NCBI RefSeq assembly: GCF_009914755.1
Contig: NC_060934.1
Reading direction: 5' to 3' (one strand)
Source of the DNA: the human T2T-CHM13v2.0 reference genome, Homo sapiens
DNA length: 64,000 nt
The notes under the pieces are model-generated. The model ran no database searches, was not told the origin of the DNA, and saw only the letters and a list, made by a program, of their open reading frames with translations. Made by a program: the position numbers and the translations under genes. Below are positions 1 through 15,237 of this stretch, piece after piece (position 1 is the first letter of the stretch; the number at the start of each line of letters is the position of its first letter).

Positions 1-595
1 ACTGTACCCAGCCAGATAAGGACACGTAAAAGCAGCACACTCTTCCACTATCAGTCCCCACTAGAAGATTCTGTGACCATAAAAGAGCAGAGTTTCGGCA
101 ACTTGAAGCAGCTCTTCACTGACACTGTCTTGCTGTCACTTGCGATCAATGCTGGCATCTGCTGCCGAAGGCTCTGACACATCAAAGACTCTTCATTGCA
201 AGACTGATGGACCCCCTGGCCCAGACCAGAAGGCTGTTTTCCTCTTTGTCACCCTCCCTGGACTGGTTTGTTAACCTTTTTTCCTATCTCTTTTCTCTTG
301 ATGTTAATTTTACTTTGTTTGTTTGTGGAATATTTAATCTAGAATATTTATATATTGATGAAGTTGACTATCATGTATGGTTTGCAGTGTTGAATGACTC
401 GTGCGGTGGTTTGAGCCTGTATGCCTGTGGTTCTCGCTACCGAGTGAACAGGAAGTACTAAGGAGAATTACCTCCTGGGGAACTCCTCATAGCTCATGGC
501 TTTTGTGATTGAAATAGTGTCAGTAAAAGTCTGATTTTGTGGAAAGACACAACTGTGTGTGGAGCTGGTTATCTCTGACTTGGCACAGCTCACAA
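1..595 (+). mobile_element. Probable ERV-type LTR, cut by the window edge, subfamily unassigned
   Basis: LTR-like composition, a degenerate polyA signal (CAGTAAAA near 521) and a CA-ending 3' boundary. Recognised by resemblance only. Confidence 0.35.
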
Positions 596-902
596 GATGG
601 GCTGAGAATGGGCTTTATGTCCTGGTGAAGGGCCATACCCCTAAACCCCACTGATCACCTGTCTATATTCTCAGTCCATGTAGAGTCTGGACACTCCAGG
701 GAAAATCTATTCAATGTTCTTCAATATAATGCTAATTACAAAGTCCTTAAAAAATCTTACCTCCTCTCCTAATGGGCTGTAACAAGCAACTGATTGAAGC
801 AACCCTAGAGTGACCATGTGTGCAATTAGCATCTGAAGGGAAGAAAGACTCTGCTTAAGATGTGGACCGGTCAGGTCACTATAGCTCCAAATTGCTCAAG
901 TG

Positions 903-1090
903 ACCGTTCTCCATTGCTGCAGTAACACTCCCAGGAGGGTATGGGAGATGAGTAGGGGTGTTCTGGTTGTCACAGGCCCAGGACTCTACTGGCATTTAGA
1001 GACCAGAGGTTAAGGATGTTAAATAGTCTACAATGCAAACCAGTCAGTTCCACGGAATGAGGACTCCCCGCTCCCAACGCATCACTCCCG
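903..1090 (+). mobile_element. MER20-like hAT-Charlie DNA transposon relic
   Basis: TTCTGGTTGTCACA...CTACTGGCATTTAG...GGATGTTAAATAGTCTACAATGCA follows the MER20 consensus order. Confidence 0.55.
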
Positions 1091-2194
1091 CTGTGCTTGG
1101 ATCTCTCCCTATCTCACCCTTATTCCACTCCGGCTGCTTCAGTTATGAAGCCCGGGCTCTGAGCGTTCACCAGGCATCAGCCACATAACCAGACTCCATC
1201 TGGTTCTGCCCTCATTCCATTAACGGACTTTCTGGAAGGATCAGGTTTCCTCCAGACAGCCAGGAAATTATCTGCTTCTCCCAAGTCCAGGCTGGTGTTT
1301 CAAAAGCTGCCGAGTTCTCTAATTTCCCAGCCCTCTCCCATGCCTCAAAGCCAGGCAGGTGGTATTTTCCTGGAGACAGGTGAATGGTACCCAAAGTGCT
1401 GTTTTTTACTTGCCAGTGTGAACACTTGAATCTGACTTGCCTGACTCTTTATAAGTGAAATGCTTGCTGAGTTTTCACAGAAGATCCATAATCAAAGCAG
1501 ATCTCATCTTTTCCGTGGGCTGTGGTTTCCTTCACGTACACCACCAAGTTCGACTGGAGTTTGGAAATATCAAAGAGCTGGATTTACAGGTCCTTTGGCA
1601 AAGGATAAAAATCATCCTATATGTAAATAAGACTTGGAATGAGGGACAGTGCAATGGAAGTGTTGTGAATGATACACTGGTTAGTTTATAAAACCTCATA
1701 AATGCTCGCAAGTCTATGAAAAGAAAAGTGGAAAGATTTTCAAGGGGAAAAACTAGAACTTCAATAGTAAGATGCCCTTACAAAGAACCAGTTATGCCAT
1801 TTAAGATTTTAAAAATTCGTTTGTCACAGAAACATGCTGCACACCCTCTCATAAACATTTTAGAGATCGTGGTGGATTTCTACGGATGTATCAGTTTAAC
1901 ATGACTTGCACATTTTAATGCTGCGCAGGAGGCTCTTACTCTGTGAACTCTGAGTCAAATCCCTCTTCCAAAAGATCAGATCACACACACCCAGGCCCCC
2001 CATTCAATACCAGCACTGTCAGGACCAGGGACTGCCTGTTGAGGAGAGAGCTGACATGAGTATGTTCCATGATGAATGAAAGATACGGTGAGTTTTAAGC
2101 TCAGCTGCAAAACCATAGCATAATTACTGGAAGTCAAGAATGCGACTTCCTCCCTTTAAAAGTCTTTGTTACTAGGACTTCATGTTAATGATCT

Positions 2195-2900
2195 AAATGT
2201 TCTTAACTTCCTATTTTGAAATGATTTCATATTTATAAAAGTTTGCAAGAACAGCACAAAGAACTGTCATCTACTCTACTCAGATTCATCTTTTTTTATA
2301 TTTTGCCACATTTACTTTATTAGTATCTCCTTATTTTATTAATCTATAAATTACTGATATAATGTTGACCAATTATTTGTCTGTTTTAATTTATTTCTTA
2401 TCAAATGGGTTAAAATCCTTTAATATCCTTATTGTGATGCTCAAATTGTCTCATGTATGATCAGTAAAAAGCGTTTTATCCTGGTTTCTCTGTGCTTTGA
2501 CATGCTCCCAACACTTTTTGATCATATCCTTATTTTCTTACACAAAAATATGTTGCAGGCTTAACTTATTTTCCTGACTCAGCCTAGGAATTAGTCACTT
2601 ATCTAAGTGACTTATTATTTTAGTGGGAGACAGTATTTAGAAACAAAGATCTATACACCAGTGGGCTCATTACTAATGGTGTCATTCATTTCAGGTCTCT
2701 AAGCAAACAAAATAAGAAACGTGCATACCTGCCTGTCTGTCTTTCTACTTATATTTATGTCTGTGTCTATAAAACCATGAGTTCATGCTTATAACTCTGA
2801 TTCCCATCCAGTATAATGGAATTCTTCCCAGCCTTGCTACATTTCATATTTGTCTCTCCCTTTGCCAACAGTGAGAAACCTAGCACCCAACGTCATCATG
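2195..2900 (-). mobile_element. Old L1M (L1MC/MD-like) 3' end fragment
   Basis: TATTTTGAAATGATTTCATATTTATAAAAGTTTGCAAGAACAGCACAAAGAA is typical of an antisense L1MC 3' end. Confidence 0.6.
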
Positions 2901-2929
2901 GTATTTACCATGTTGCAATACAGAAAGCA

Positions 2930-4935
2930 TTTGGAGAATTGCTAATCTATTCCACTGTGAAAAACAACCTGCTGAGAAATGCTGCTTCCACCCAGCAACC
3001 TGCTGCCTTGAATAACCAGAAAACGAAATAAGATACATGAGACAACCATTTCCAACCTTAAACAATAGTCAGCACAGGAAGAAAATAACACTGGAAAGAC
3101 CGGAAAGAAACTAAGCCAGCCATACAATTACATAGCTTACTGCTTGGAAGAAATTTCCAGGCCGCAGCACAGAAAAGGGAATATCAAACAGAGACCAGCA
3201 ATTTTGCTGATTTGAGTAGACAGAGACTGTAGATTTGAGAGGCCAAGGCAGCTAGAATTTGCAATGCAGACTACCAGAGATAAGGGAACTGCAGGGAGAG
3301 TTCCAGAGATCTACAGGGGGTCCTCTCATATCTTTGCCTCAATATTAATCTGTGACTGTGTGTGGCTAAATCTCCACAGGACTGGGAAAGGAACCACTAG
3401 AAAACAGAACTACAAAAGATTCCTAGAGTTCACACACGTATAGTAAATTTTATACCGCCACCAGCAAAATTAGAGAGAGTAATGCATGGGTGTTGGGCAG
3501 AGATCATGGAAGGATGCTGCTTTGGAAGTTAGAGTAAGCTAACCCTAGATGAGAGGCTGCCGTGGATCTTCTGCCAAAAAAAGCTGACAAGTGGACTTCA
3601 AAAGAATAAGCTGATTGTAGGCAGTATCACAGAGCGCTAGACCAAGTTTCTACATTCCCCGAAGCGATAAACAGCACTCAATAGCATTAACGTTTATAAT
3701 GCCTGGCATTCAACGAAGTACCGTTTATACAAAATAAGCATAATAATAAAACCCATAACCAGGAGAAAACTCGGTTAATAGAAACATACCCAGTAATAAC
3801 AGAGATTATGGAATTTGCAGATAAAAGCATTAAGACAGAACACACACACACACATTTGTTCAAGATGTATAGGAAAACATGAGCATGATGGCAAGAGAAA
3901 TGTAATATGAAGAAAAAAATCCAAATTGAGCTTCTGGAGAATAAAAATACACAATGTGAAACAGAAAGTTAGCAGATTACACTGTGAACACACACACACA
4001 CCTACACACACACACAGATTAGTAAACTTGAAGATATAACAATAAAACCTAAACAAAATGAAGCACACAGGAAAGATGGAAAAAATGAGCAGAGCATCAG
4101 GACTTGTGAGAGAATATCCAGTGGTCCAAAACAAATGTAATCGTCCTACACACAGAGAACAGAGAAGGGGGTGTAGAAAAATTATTTGAAGAATAGTAAA
4201 AATTTTTGAAATTTGTTAAGAACTATAAACCAATAGATTCAAGAAGATGAACAAACTTCCAGCAGAAGAAATATGAAGGAAACAACACGGGGTCACATAT
4301 TAATCAGATTGCTGCAGAAAGAAAATCTTAAAAGCAGTTTACATAAGAGGAACACAGAAACATATTACATAATTATTTAGGCGTCATTGTCTTAATCCCT
4401 TTGCTACAAAGGGATACCTGAGGTTTTATAATTTATAACGGTTATAATTTCTTACGGTTCTGCAGATTGTACAGGAAGCATGGTGCCAGCCTCTGCTTGT
4501 GGTGAGGCCTCAGGAGCTTCCACTCATGGTGGAAGGTGAAGGGGAGCAGGCATCACATGGTGAGAAGAAGAAAGAGAAAAGAGGAAGGTGCCAGCCTCTT
4601 TTTGACAAATCAGATCTCGAGGTTGACCAATAGAATGGGAAGTCCTTTATTACCATGAAGACAGTACCAAGCCATATACAAGGCAACCGCTCCCATGACC
4701 CAAACGCCTTCCACTAGGCACTTCCTCCAACACTGAGGATCAAAGTTCAATATTAGATTTGGTGGGGAGAAATTCCCAAACTGTTTCAGTCATAAAGATA
4801 AGAATGGCAGCATACTTTGCATCAGAAAAAAATGCAAGCCAGAAGAAAATGGAATGACATCTTTAAAGTACTAAAAGTAAAGTATTCTCAAATGAGAATT
4901 TTATAACTAATGAATACATCTTTCAAAAATGAAAG
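2930..4935 (+). mobile_element. Old L1M 5'UTR/ORF1 relic, interrupted by an MST LTR
   Basis: A-rich ORF1-like motifs (GAAAATCTTAAAAGCAG, CAAGCCAGAAGAAAATGGAATGACATCTTTAAAGTACT). No open frame remains. Confidence 0.6.
4388..4788 (-). mobile_element. MST-family (MSTB-like) ERVL-MaLR solo LTR
   Basis: TG...CA termini, MST-like body, and a perfect 5-bp TSD GTCAT at 4383-4387 and 4789-4793. Confidence 0.85.
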
Positions 4936-6104
4936 TGGTCTTTTGCTTTTGAGTATGAGGGACTAAAGCTCTAGCTGATAACATCCTCCTTCAGGAAACA
5001 ACTATAAACCCAGAACGCAATACAAAGAAACATTTCTACTCAAATGTGCTGTGCTAGAAAGTAAGCAGAGGTAGTTAAGCTTTACTAAAAGCAGTAGGGG
5101 AGGACTCCTTACTTAAGGGGTGGAGACGTGGATTATGAATCTATGAGGTTTAGCCTATGCTAAATGCAGTCTGCCTAGCAAGCACAGTGGCAGCACAGTC
5201 TCACATGGAAAAACCTATAGCCTTTCTGCCTAGGAAACGAGAAAGTCAATCTGAGACACTGCAGACACTGCAGAGAGCAGAGAAATTGTTGAAGAGGCAG
5301 AGAAGGGATACTCCACCCTCTCTACCCACAACTCTGATTGACCTGTGTATTAGTCTGCTCTTCCATTGCTATAAAGTACTACCTGAGACTGGATAATTTA
5401 TAAAGAAAAGAGGTTTAATTAGCTGACAGTTCTGCAGGCTGTGCAGGAAGCATGGCTATGGAGGCCTCAGGAAACTTACAATCATGGCAGAGGGTGAAGG
5501 AGAAGAGGGCACATCTTCACATGGCTGGAGTAGGAGGAAAAGAGAGAAGGGAGAAGTGCCATACACTTTGAAACGACCATATCTTGTGAGAATTCACTTA
5601 AGGAGAACTCACTGTTTTGAGAACAGCAAGGGGGAAATCCATCCCCTTGATCCAATCACCTCTCACCAGGCCCCTCCTCTGACATTGGGATTACAGTTCG
5701 AAATGAGATTTGGGCAAGGACACAAATCCAAACCATAACAATCTGAAACACACATGTGCAGAGCAGACTCATGCAGCTTAGCTAGAAGCAAAGTATCTGA
5801 ATGAAGCTATCCCAAGATAGAGAGTTTAAAGTTCAAACTCAGCCAAGAAAATTACTTGCCAAAACAAAGAGAACACAGGTTTTCAGAGAAAATAACAGAA
5901 TCCAGAATGCCAACACTTCAATACTCACAATTTCTAAAATATAGTCCAAAGTTAAATGACATATGAAAAAACAAGAAAATAAAATACATTCTGAAGAGGG
6001 AAGAAAAGATAAATAATTTAGCAAGAACTCAAATGACAAAAATGTTAAAACTATATTTTAAAGAGGTTGTTATAATTATCCTAAATAAAGGAAAACAAGA
6101 CGTA

Positions 6105-6105
<1 letters not shown>
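4936..6105 (+). mobile_element. Second old L1M 5'/ORF1 relic, interrupted by MSTA
   Basis: A-rich L1M-like sequence whose ORF1-like text resumes at about 7830. Confidence 0.5.
5346..5740 (-). mobile_element. MSTA-like ERVL-MaLR solo LTR
   Basis: TGTATTAGTC...AAACCATAACA termini, MSTA body, and TSD ACCTG/ATCTG (one mismatch). Confidence 0.9.
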
Positions 6106-7825
<1,720 letters not shown>

Positions 7826-7829
7826 CTAA

Positions 7830-8640
7830 TTAAAGATCTACAGAGAAACAGAAAGTCTCAGTAAAGAAATAGATACAATAAACATGAAAACTCCAGTACT
7901 GAAAAGTTAAATTTTTGAGAGAAGATATTCATGAGATGGGTGTAAAGCCACATGAATATGACAGATAAAAGAGTAATTGAATTTGAAGCTATTAATAGAA
8001 TTATCCAAGAAAAAAGCAAATGAAACATTTTTTCCTTTTTTTAGTATTTTAGATAAGGCCTGAATTGTTTGCTAGATTATATCAACAGGTTCAAATGCAT
8101 ATAATTGGATTGCCAGAAGCCGAGAAAAGAAATGTTTGAAGATAGACTGTTCAAAAACATTCTATACCTGATATAAAACAGGAAGATGCTAACTGCACAT
8201 CAGGAAAGAAAACCACAAAGACACCCATGCAATCCCTATCGAACTGTTGAAAGGCAAATATAATGGGCACATCTTGAAAGTAGCAAGAGAAAAATGACAC
8301 CTTAGTCACAACTACGATGCAATTAAGGGTTGGTGCCTTGTCAGAAACCACTTAGGGACAGAAGAAAATAGAACATCTATAAAGTGCTGAAAGCAAATAT
8401 GCAAATAAACAAATAAAAAACTCTTTTTAGTGTTCTAGGTATAAACAATATTCAGAATTCTGTATCTAGTAAAAGCATTATTCAAGTATTAAAATAAAAC
8501 CATTTTTGATAACGGAAAATTAAAAGAATTTGCTTCCAGGAGAATCTGTTGTAAGAAATGCTGACATAACTTATTCAGTCTGAAGGGAAATGTCACTAGA
8601 TAGAAAATTGGATCCTCCAAAAAGAATGAAGAACATCAAA
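7830..8640 (+). mobile_element. Old L1M ORF1 relic (continuation)
   Basis: ORF1-like motifs (ATCTTGAAAGTAGCAAGAGAAAA, TATAAAGTGCTGAAAG, AAAAGAATTTG). Confidence 0.6.
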
Positions 8641-8785
8641 CATGGTAAGTATCTTATGTGCATTTCAAAACCCCATAGCATCATATACACGAATAGTGAA
8701 CTTTGCCGTACGCAAATTTGGAAAATTAACCTGGATATTGATCCCAGGATGGGATGCAGACTGTGGCAAATAGATCTAACGTTAT

Positions 8786-9373
8786 TGTAACCAAACAAAG
8801 CAGGTCTGGAAGCCTGCCACAGGCTGAGTCCAAGTAACAAAAGCGAGGTCTGGTGGAAAGAAAGCAAATTTATTAACCAAAACTAGCACAGAAGAAGTAG
8901 CCAGATTCCCATCCAAAGTAACTGCTTCGATTTTTAGGGGGAAGGCACGGGTTTTTAAGAAGGAAAAACTTGGTAAGGAAAGCGTGAGGGACTGGGCTGA
9001 GTACAATGTCGCTGTGCCTCGCTTTGGTGGCTGTCTTGGGTCCCAGTTCACCAGGAGTGCAGGCTGGCATCATCTCAACAATGGCCGGGCTGTTCATCAG
9101 CCACCTTGAAGTCATCTCTGAAACTTGCAGTTTCAGGCTTGGTCTGTCTCAAGATTAGCCACTGGAACTTCTAAGAAGACACACAGTTAATACTAACATA
9201 CAGTTAGATAGATGTGAAGGGAGCATATACGGCGAGAAAGGGAGGGATGTGGACTCTATTTTAAGGCTAAGAAAAAAGGCTTCTGCAGTTTGCCCCAAGG
9301 TTATATCTTGAAACTCAAGAGAAAGGAACAAAAATGTTTAAAATGCATTTTGAAGTTAAGCTGCTTGGTTATG
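8786..9373 (-). mobile_element. ERV1-class solo LTR (subfamily unassigned)
   Basis: Inverted termini TGTAACCAA...TTGGTTATG, a 4-bp TSD TTAT (8782-8785 and 9374-9377), and AATAAA on the minus strand near 8870. Confidence 0.75.
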
Positions 9374-9377
9374 TTAT

Positions 9378-9830
9378 CACAAATGTGTGGCATGTCCACA
9401 CTGAGCATGGTGAGGAAAAAATAACTAACCTCCCTAATTTGGAAAATGGTGTTTTAACTGGATACTAGAAAGCTAAAGACAAAAAACAAACAAAAAACAA
9501 AAACAACCAAAAACAAAAACAACCAAAAAAAAAAAAAAAAAAAAGAAACCACCCAAGCCCACAACTGTACATAAGCACTGTTGGTAAACTTGTTTCTCAC
9601 ATGGGCACAGTTTAGCCGTTCTAAAGCAGCCCATGTGCATACTAGGGTTGAATAAATAAGTAAATAAATTGTAGATAATGGGAGCTAAGTTGACAAATAA
9701 GTCAGGAGGAAAGCCTGGGAGAGCCCTATGGTAATGAAGAAGCTCTGGGAACATCTCATGGACTCAGGCTTATCTTAACGTATGTACACATAGATACAGA
9801 ACTAATCAAGGAACGTGAAACATTCGAAAA
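9378..9830 (+). mobile_element. L1M (L1MC/MD-like) 3' region relic containing an A-rich (CAAAA)n tract at about 9476-9548
   Basis: GGGTTGAATAAATAAGTAAATAAATTGTAGATAATGGGAGC resembles the L1MC/MD 3'UTR. Confidence 0.45.
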
Positions 9831-9837
9831 GATAAAT

Positions 9838-10050
9838 CATGGTGTGCTGAGAACCACTTAACAACCAGCTCTTTAAATAACCTGCCGTCCGAGATGCAGA
9901 TGCAGAGTGCTTGTCCATCTTGGTGTTGCAAATATTTCCATGATGGCCAATTTCAAGTGACCAGCACAGTGTCGCTCAGTGAGGAGTTGGGGAGCAATGG
10001 GCACAGTTGGCACCCGCCAGCCTGGGCGAGCAGGCTCCAACACAGCACTG
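9838..10050 (-). mobile_element. MER63A-like hAT-Blackjack MITE
   Basis: TIR remnants CATGGTGTGCTG...CAACACAGCACTG, and internal GGTGTTGCAAATATTTCCATGATGGCCAATTTCAAG matching the reverse of MER63. Confidence 0.7.
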
Positions 10051-10627
10051 AAGCTGCACCACGTGCTGGGTCCTAAGGCCTCAATAAATCTGAGAGTGTT
10101 GAAAAAGTAAAGAGCATATTTTCTGAACACAAGTAAATGATATAAGAAATCAATACAATTTTCAAAATTTTAGAAATTAAACATTCTTTGCGTGTGTGTA
10201 TGTCGAAGAAAAAATCACAAGAGAAATAAGAAAAAATTAGAAGAAGGAATACATCCCAACTCAATTTATGAGGCTGGCATTAGCCTGATGCCCAAATCAG
10301 AATATATTATAAAGAAAACACAAACAATATTTCTCATGAATACATTCGCAAAAATTCTCAACCAAATAATAGCAAGTTGAATGAAGTACTATGTCAAAAG
10401 ATTACTTTAGCCTGATCAAGTGACTTTTATTCTATGAATATAAGGATGGTTTAACATTGAAAAATCAATCAAGGGAATTCACTGTAATAAGAGTAGAAAT
10501 GAAAACCATATAATCATCTCAATAGATACAGAAAAACCTTTGACAAAATTCAATATCCATTTATAAAAAAATTATCAGAAAATTAGAAATAGAAGGGAAC
10601 TTCCTTGACCCAATTAACAGTATGTAT

Positions 10628-11113
10628 ATGCTGCTATAAAGACACATGCACATGTATGTTTATCGCGGCACTATTCACAATAGCAAAGACTTGGAACCAA
10701 CCCAAATGTCCAACAATGATAGACTGGATTAAGAAAATGTGGCACATATATACCATGGAATACTATGCAGCCATAAAAAATGATGAGTTCATGTCCTTTG
10801 TAGGGACATGGATGAAGCTGGAAACCATCATTCTCAGCAAACTATCACAAGGACAAAAAAACCAAACACTGCATGTTCTCACTCATAGGTGGGAATTGAA
10901 CAATGAGAACACATGGACACAGGAAGGGGAACATCACATACCGGGGCCTGTTGTGGGGTAGGGGGAGGGGGGAGGGATAGCATTAGGAGATATACCTAAT
11001 GTTAAATGACGAGTTAATGGGTGCAGCACACCAACATGGCACATGTATACATATGTAACAAACCTGCACGTTGTGCACATGTACCCTAAAACTTAAAGTA
11101 TATTAAAAAAAAA
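10628..11113 (+). mobile_element. 5'-truncated L1PA (L1PA4-like) 3' end
   Basis: ORF2 C-terminus ([28 protein letters not shown]), L1PA 3'UTR and a short polyA tail. Confidence 0.92.
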
Positions 11114-12216
11114 CCCTTAGAACTAATGTCTTACTTAATCCTACTCCAAATCACCAGTACAATAAGACAAGATAAAGAAATTAAAAGATAAGAGTCATAT
11201 AGATTTGAAACCAAGGAGTAAAACTCTCTTTCATCACAGAGTATTTGATTGTTTTTGTTTAATATCCTAATGCATCTACCAAAAAGCTACTAAAATCAAT
11301 GAGTAAGTTTAATAAGGTCACGGGATACTAGACTCATGTACAAAACAATGAATTATACTTTTTATGTTTTATAAATAAAGTTAAACTTTAGATATGCTAT
11401 TTACTAGAGAATCCAAAAAGTGAAAAACAAAAGTGAATAAAAAGATGTTTACATTAAACATCCGCATATATAGCCACATATCCCTCTGTATGAAATATGT
11501 AAGAGTGTATCTAACAACATGCTGTATATGCAAGATTTGTAGGATGAGAACTGCAAAATACTCCTGTGAGAAATTAAGGAAGACCTAAATAAATGGAGAA
11601 AGATAACACGCTCATATAACAGGAAGCTCAGTATTGTCAACATGCCAATTCTTCTCAGATTGATCTGTCGATTCATAGAAACCCAATTACAATCTCTACA
11701 GGTTTCATTTCCTAAAATTTATAAAGAAACAAATAATTTATTTAAAAGTTTTTGAGAGAGCAAAACAAAATGGAATCATCCAACTGCTTTTATATTTACT
11801 GCCTAAAAGTACAAAGAAAATATTGTGGTTCCGATACACAGATGGACACAGACATCAAAAGGACAAACGTAGCATCCAGAAATGGACCCACACATCTGTG
11901 GTTAACTGATTTTCAACGAAGCTGAGAAGGACATTAAAAGGGGAAAGAATGGCATTTCCAGTGAATGGTGGTGGAGTAATTGTGTGTATTCTAATAACTG
12001 CATTTTTTTTTTTATCACAAACGGTGGTCTAGCTAGACAATGGTAATGCCCTTCAGCAACAAAGAGAACAACTACTGCTACAACAGGAATGGATCTCAGT
12101 AATGTTAGGCCGAGTGAAAAAAACCATAGGCACAAAGACTACTTACTGAATTACTCCAGTTACATGAACTTCTGGAAAAGGCAAAATTCTAGCAACAGAA
12201 GACAGAGCAATGGTTA

Positions 12217-12592
<376 letters not shown>

Positions 12593-13667
12593 AGATGGAG
12601 TTGTTCTATATCTTGACTGTGGTGGTGGCTAAACTGCTGTGTACATTTGTCCAAACTCATGAGTTGCACAAACTTGGTGAATTTAATTGTATGTAGATCT
12701 CGCCTCAATAAAAGTGATTAAAATATATTCAGCCAAAACTGTAAACAAAAGCCTGCAGAGGTGGCCATCCTAACCTCCTGGGGATCAGCAGGAGAGCTGG
12801 CCAGGAGTCTATGCCCTCTGCCCTCGCTGCCCAGGGAACATTGGCCGGTCTCCTTGGGCCAGGCCTTGAGACAGCAGCAGCTGTCTCGGCTCCACAGGGC
12901 CACTCCTGCTCCTGGGGCTGGCTGCTCCAAGGACAATGGTGGTCTCTAGCTGTGTTCTCTGGAATCTTGTCAAGAACCACAGCCCTCGTGTTGTGTCTTG
13001 GATTCTCTGAGTCAGTTGAACACCCTCCTGTTCATTCCCCAAGGCCGTCCTCTTTACAGCCTGCAGATGGGCTCCAGGGGCTCAGGTGGCTGCTGGAGCA
13101 CGGATGGGTATCTGAATTGCCTGGGAAGAATAGACTCTTTCTCTCCTGCTGCCTGTGGTCCATGCCAATGACAGTCTTAACATTCACTTTCCAGCCCTTC
13201 TCAGACAAAGGCACTAGGCTAATTGTTGTGTTTTCCCTCTCGGCCATGGAGCTCCATTGTTATTGATCAAATGTGTTATCTTTGCCCATCCATCAGAAAA
13301 TCAATGTTGTCTGTGTCCAGACCTCAGACTGGAAGCGCTTACGGTGGCTGCAGTGAGGAGAACTGCACTGAGGCATGGCGGCCTTTGGACGGCCATCCAA
13401 GGGCTCCCCTTGGACTTTTCATTTTTCCAGGCTTTGTGTGTGCACAGACACGAACACATGCATATAAAAATACACTTCTTGTGCACCTGCCCCAGGTTCT
13501 TCCAGACGTTCCTCTTTTAATTCCCTTTCTGCAAGCTGGTGCCGGTGACATCTCCTTATATTCCCGAAACTGAGGACTGTCAGGGTCTAAACCTGGCCTG
13601 AGCTCACTCGCCTGGTCACCCTCAGCTCAGGTGGCTCCAGAGCCTGTGTATTTCCCTATGACACAGC

Positions 13668-13932
13668 CAGTGTATGTTGTATGTGTACAAATACATGTGT
13701 GTATATATGTGTGTATGTGCATGTGTGCATGAGTGTCTATGTATGTGCTTATGTGCATGGATATGTATATGCATGACTATTATGTGTGTGCCTGTGTATG
13801 TATGCAAGCATGTGTATGTTCACATATGCATGCGTGTGTGTGTGCATAGTTGTATAGTTTGGGGGTACCTATAAACACATAGCTGTGTGGGTATCCAGGA
13901 AATTCACACACATGCATGTGCACATGTGTGTG
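13668..13932. repeat. Degenerate (TG/TA)n alternating purine-pyrimidine simple repeat
   Basis: Directly visible TGTGTATATATGTGTGTATGTGCATG... tract. Confidence 0.85.
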
Positions 13933-15039
13933 CAGGGAGGGGAGAATGAGGAGGATTCTGTTATAGCAAACAGCGGGAGCTTCACATCCAGCCTGGGTGC
14001 TGTGTGGATCAGGGCAGGTCACTGGAGATCAAAGTCCGGGGCTCCTGTTTGGGCCAGGCGATCTGGTGGTGAGTCCAAGGGGGAAAGCAGCGGTAGCCCA
14101 GTAGAGAGTGCTCCAACCCATCCGCACCTCCCTTCACCAAGGCTTTGCGTCTGTCGTTTATTTTGTTATGGGACGAATCCTTTCTTATGGGAAGCGAAGT
14201 GGCTGGGGGAATGATCATAGGAATTACAGGACAGTAGCTCCAGGGTGGCCAGCAAGCTCTCAGGGGCTCCCCCGTCCTCTGTCAGCCAATGCGTGGGAGG
14301 TGAAGCAGGGCAGAGTGAGAATAGGTGCTTCTTCCCAGCTCCCTCCTCCTGGTGACATCTCTGGGATGGAACTTGCTCCCTCCTCCTGCCCATTCAGGCC
14401 TAGGGTGGCCTGGGTCCCACACCTGCTGGTCCCTGTGGGGCACCAGGCTGGCGGGTTCTGGGAGCCTCCTTACTCCCTTGCCAATAGCCCCTGTGAGACC
14501 CACTTCGAGGGCCCCAGCTGACCCAGGGACAGAGCGAAGGAGCGATGGAGAGCAGCCTGTGGCCCCCCTCCTGTGGTGCGGGCACCATGTAGCTGACACG
14601 TTGTCAGCAGCAGCGCCCACTCCTGGTTCTGCACCGTGTGGGGTCCTCTCTGTGGGTTTTAGGGTGAGGCATTCTCAGACAAAATGAATTCAATTCATGT
14701 TATCCTGAAAAGTGCCCGTTCTCTGGGATAAAAGGAATTGCGATGCGTTAAGCACTAAACAGCCCCAAAGCCCTAAGGACATGAATGTCACACAAGCAGG
14801 TCCTGGACGTGGTTTCTGTCGCCGTGTTCAGATCCTGGGTCTGGGAATCAGAGCCCTGGGTCTGCTCCTGGGCTCTCTGACTTTGTGCAAGTCTCAAGAC
14901 GATCCTCAATACCCCTACTCCCCATGATACCTCCATCCACCCAGGTTCCTAGGCTGAGGCGCAGAGGCCTCCCCGACTCTTCTCCTTCCCTCGCACCAGG
15001 GAAGATGCATCTACATGACAGGCACCTTGGCTTCCACAA

Positions 15040-15237
15040 CCCCCCACCTCAACCCAAGCTTTCTTTACGCCCACTTCGAACTCTTCAGGCAAAGATTAAT
15101 TCTAACCAACTGCCAAGCAGGAAATCTTTGAATCCATCTATGACCTGGAAACCTCCCCCCTCCAATGTCCTGCCTTTCTAGGCCAAACCCATGTATACAT
15201 TTCATGTATTAATTATGTTTTCACCTGTAACTTCTGG
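15040..15237 (+). mobile_element. MER34/MER39-like ERV1 LTR fragment
   Basis: AACCAACTGCCAAGCAGGAAATCTTTGAATCCATCTATGACCTGGAA...CCTGTAACTTCTG resembles MER4-group LTRs. Confidence 0.55.
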
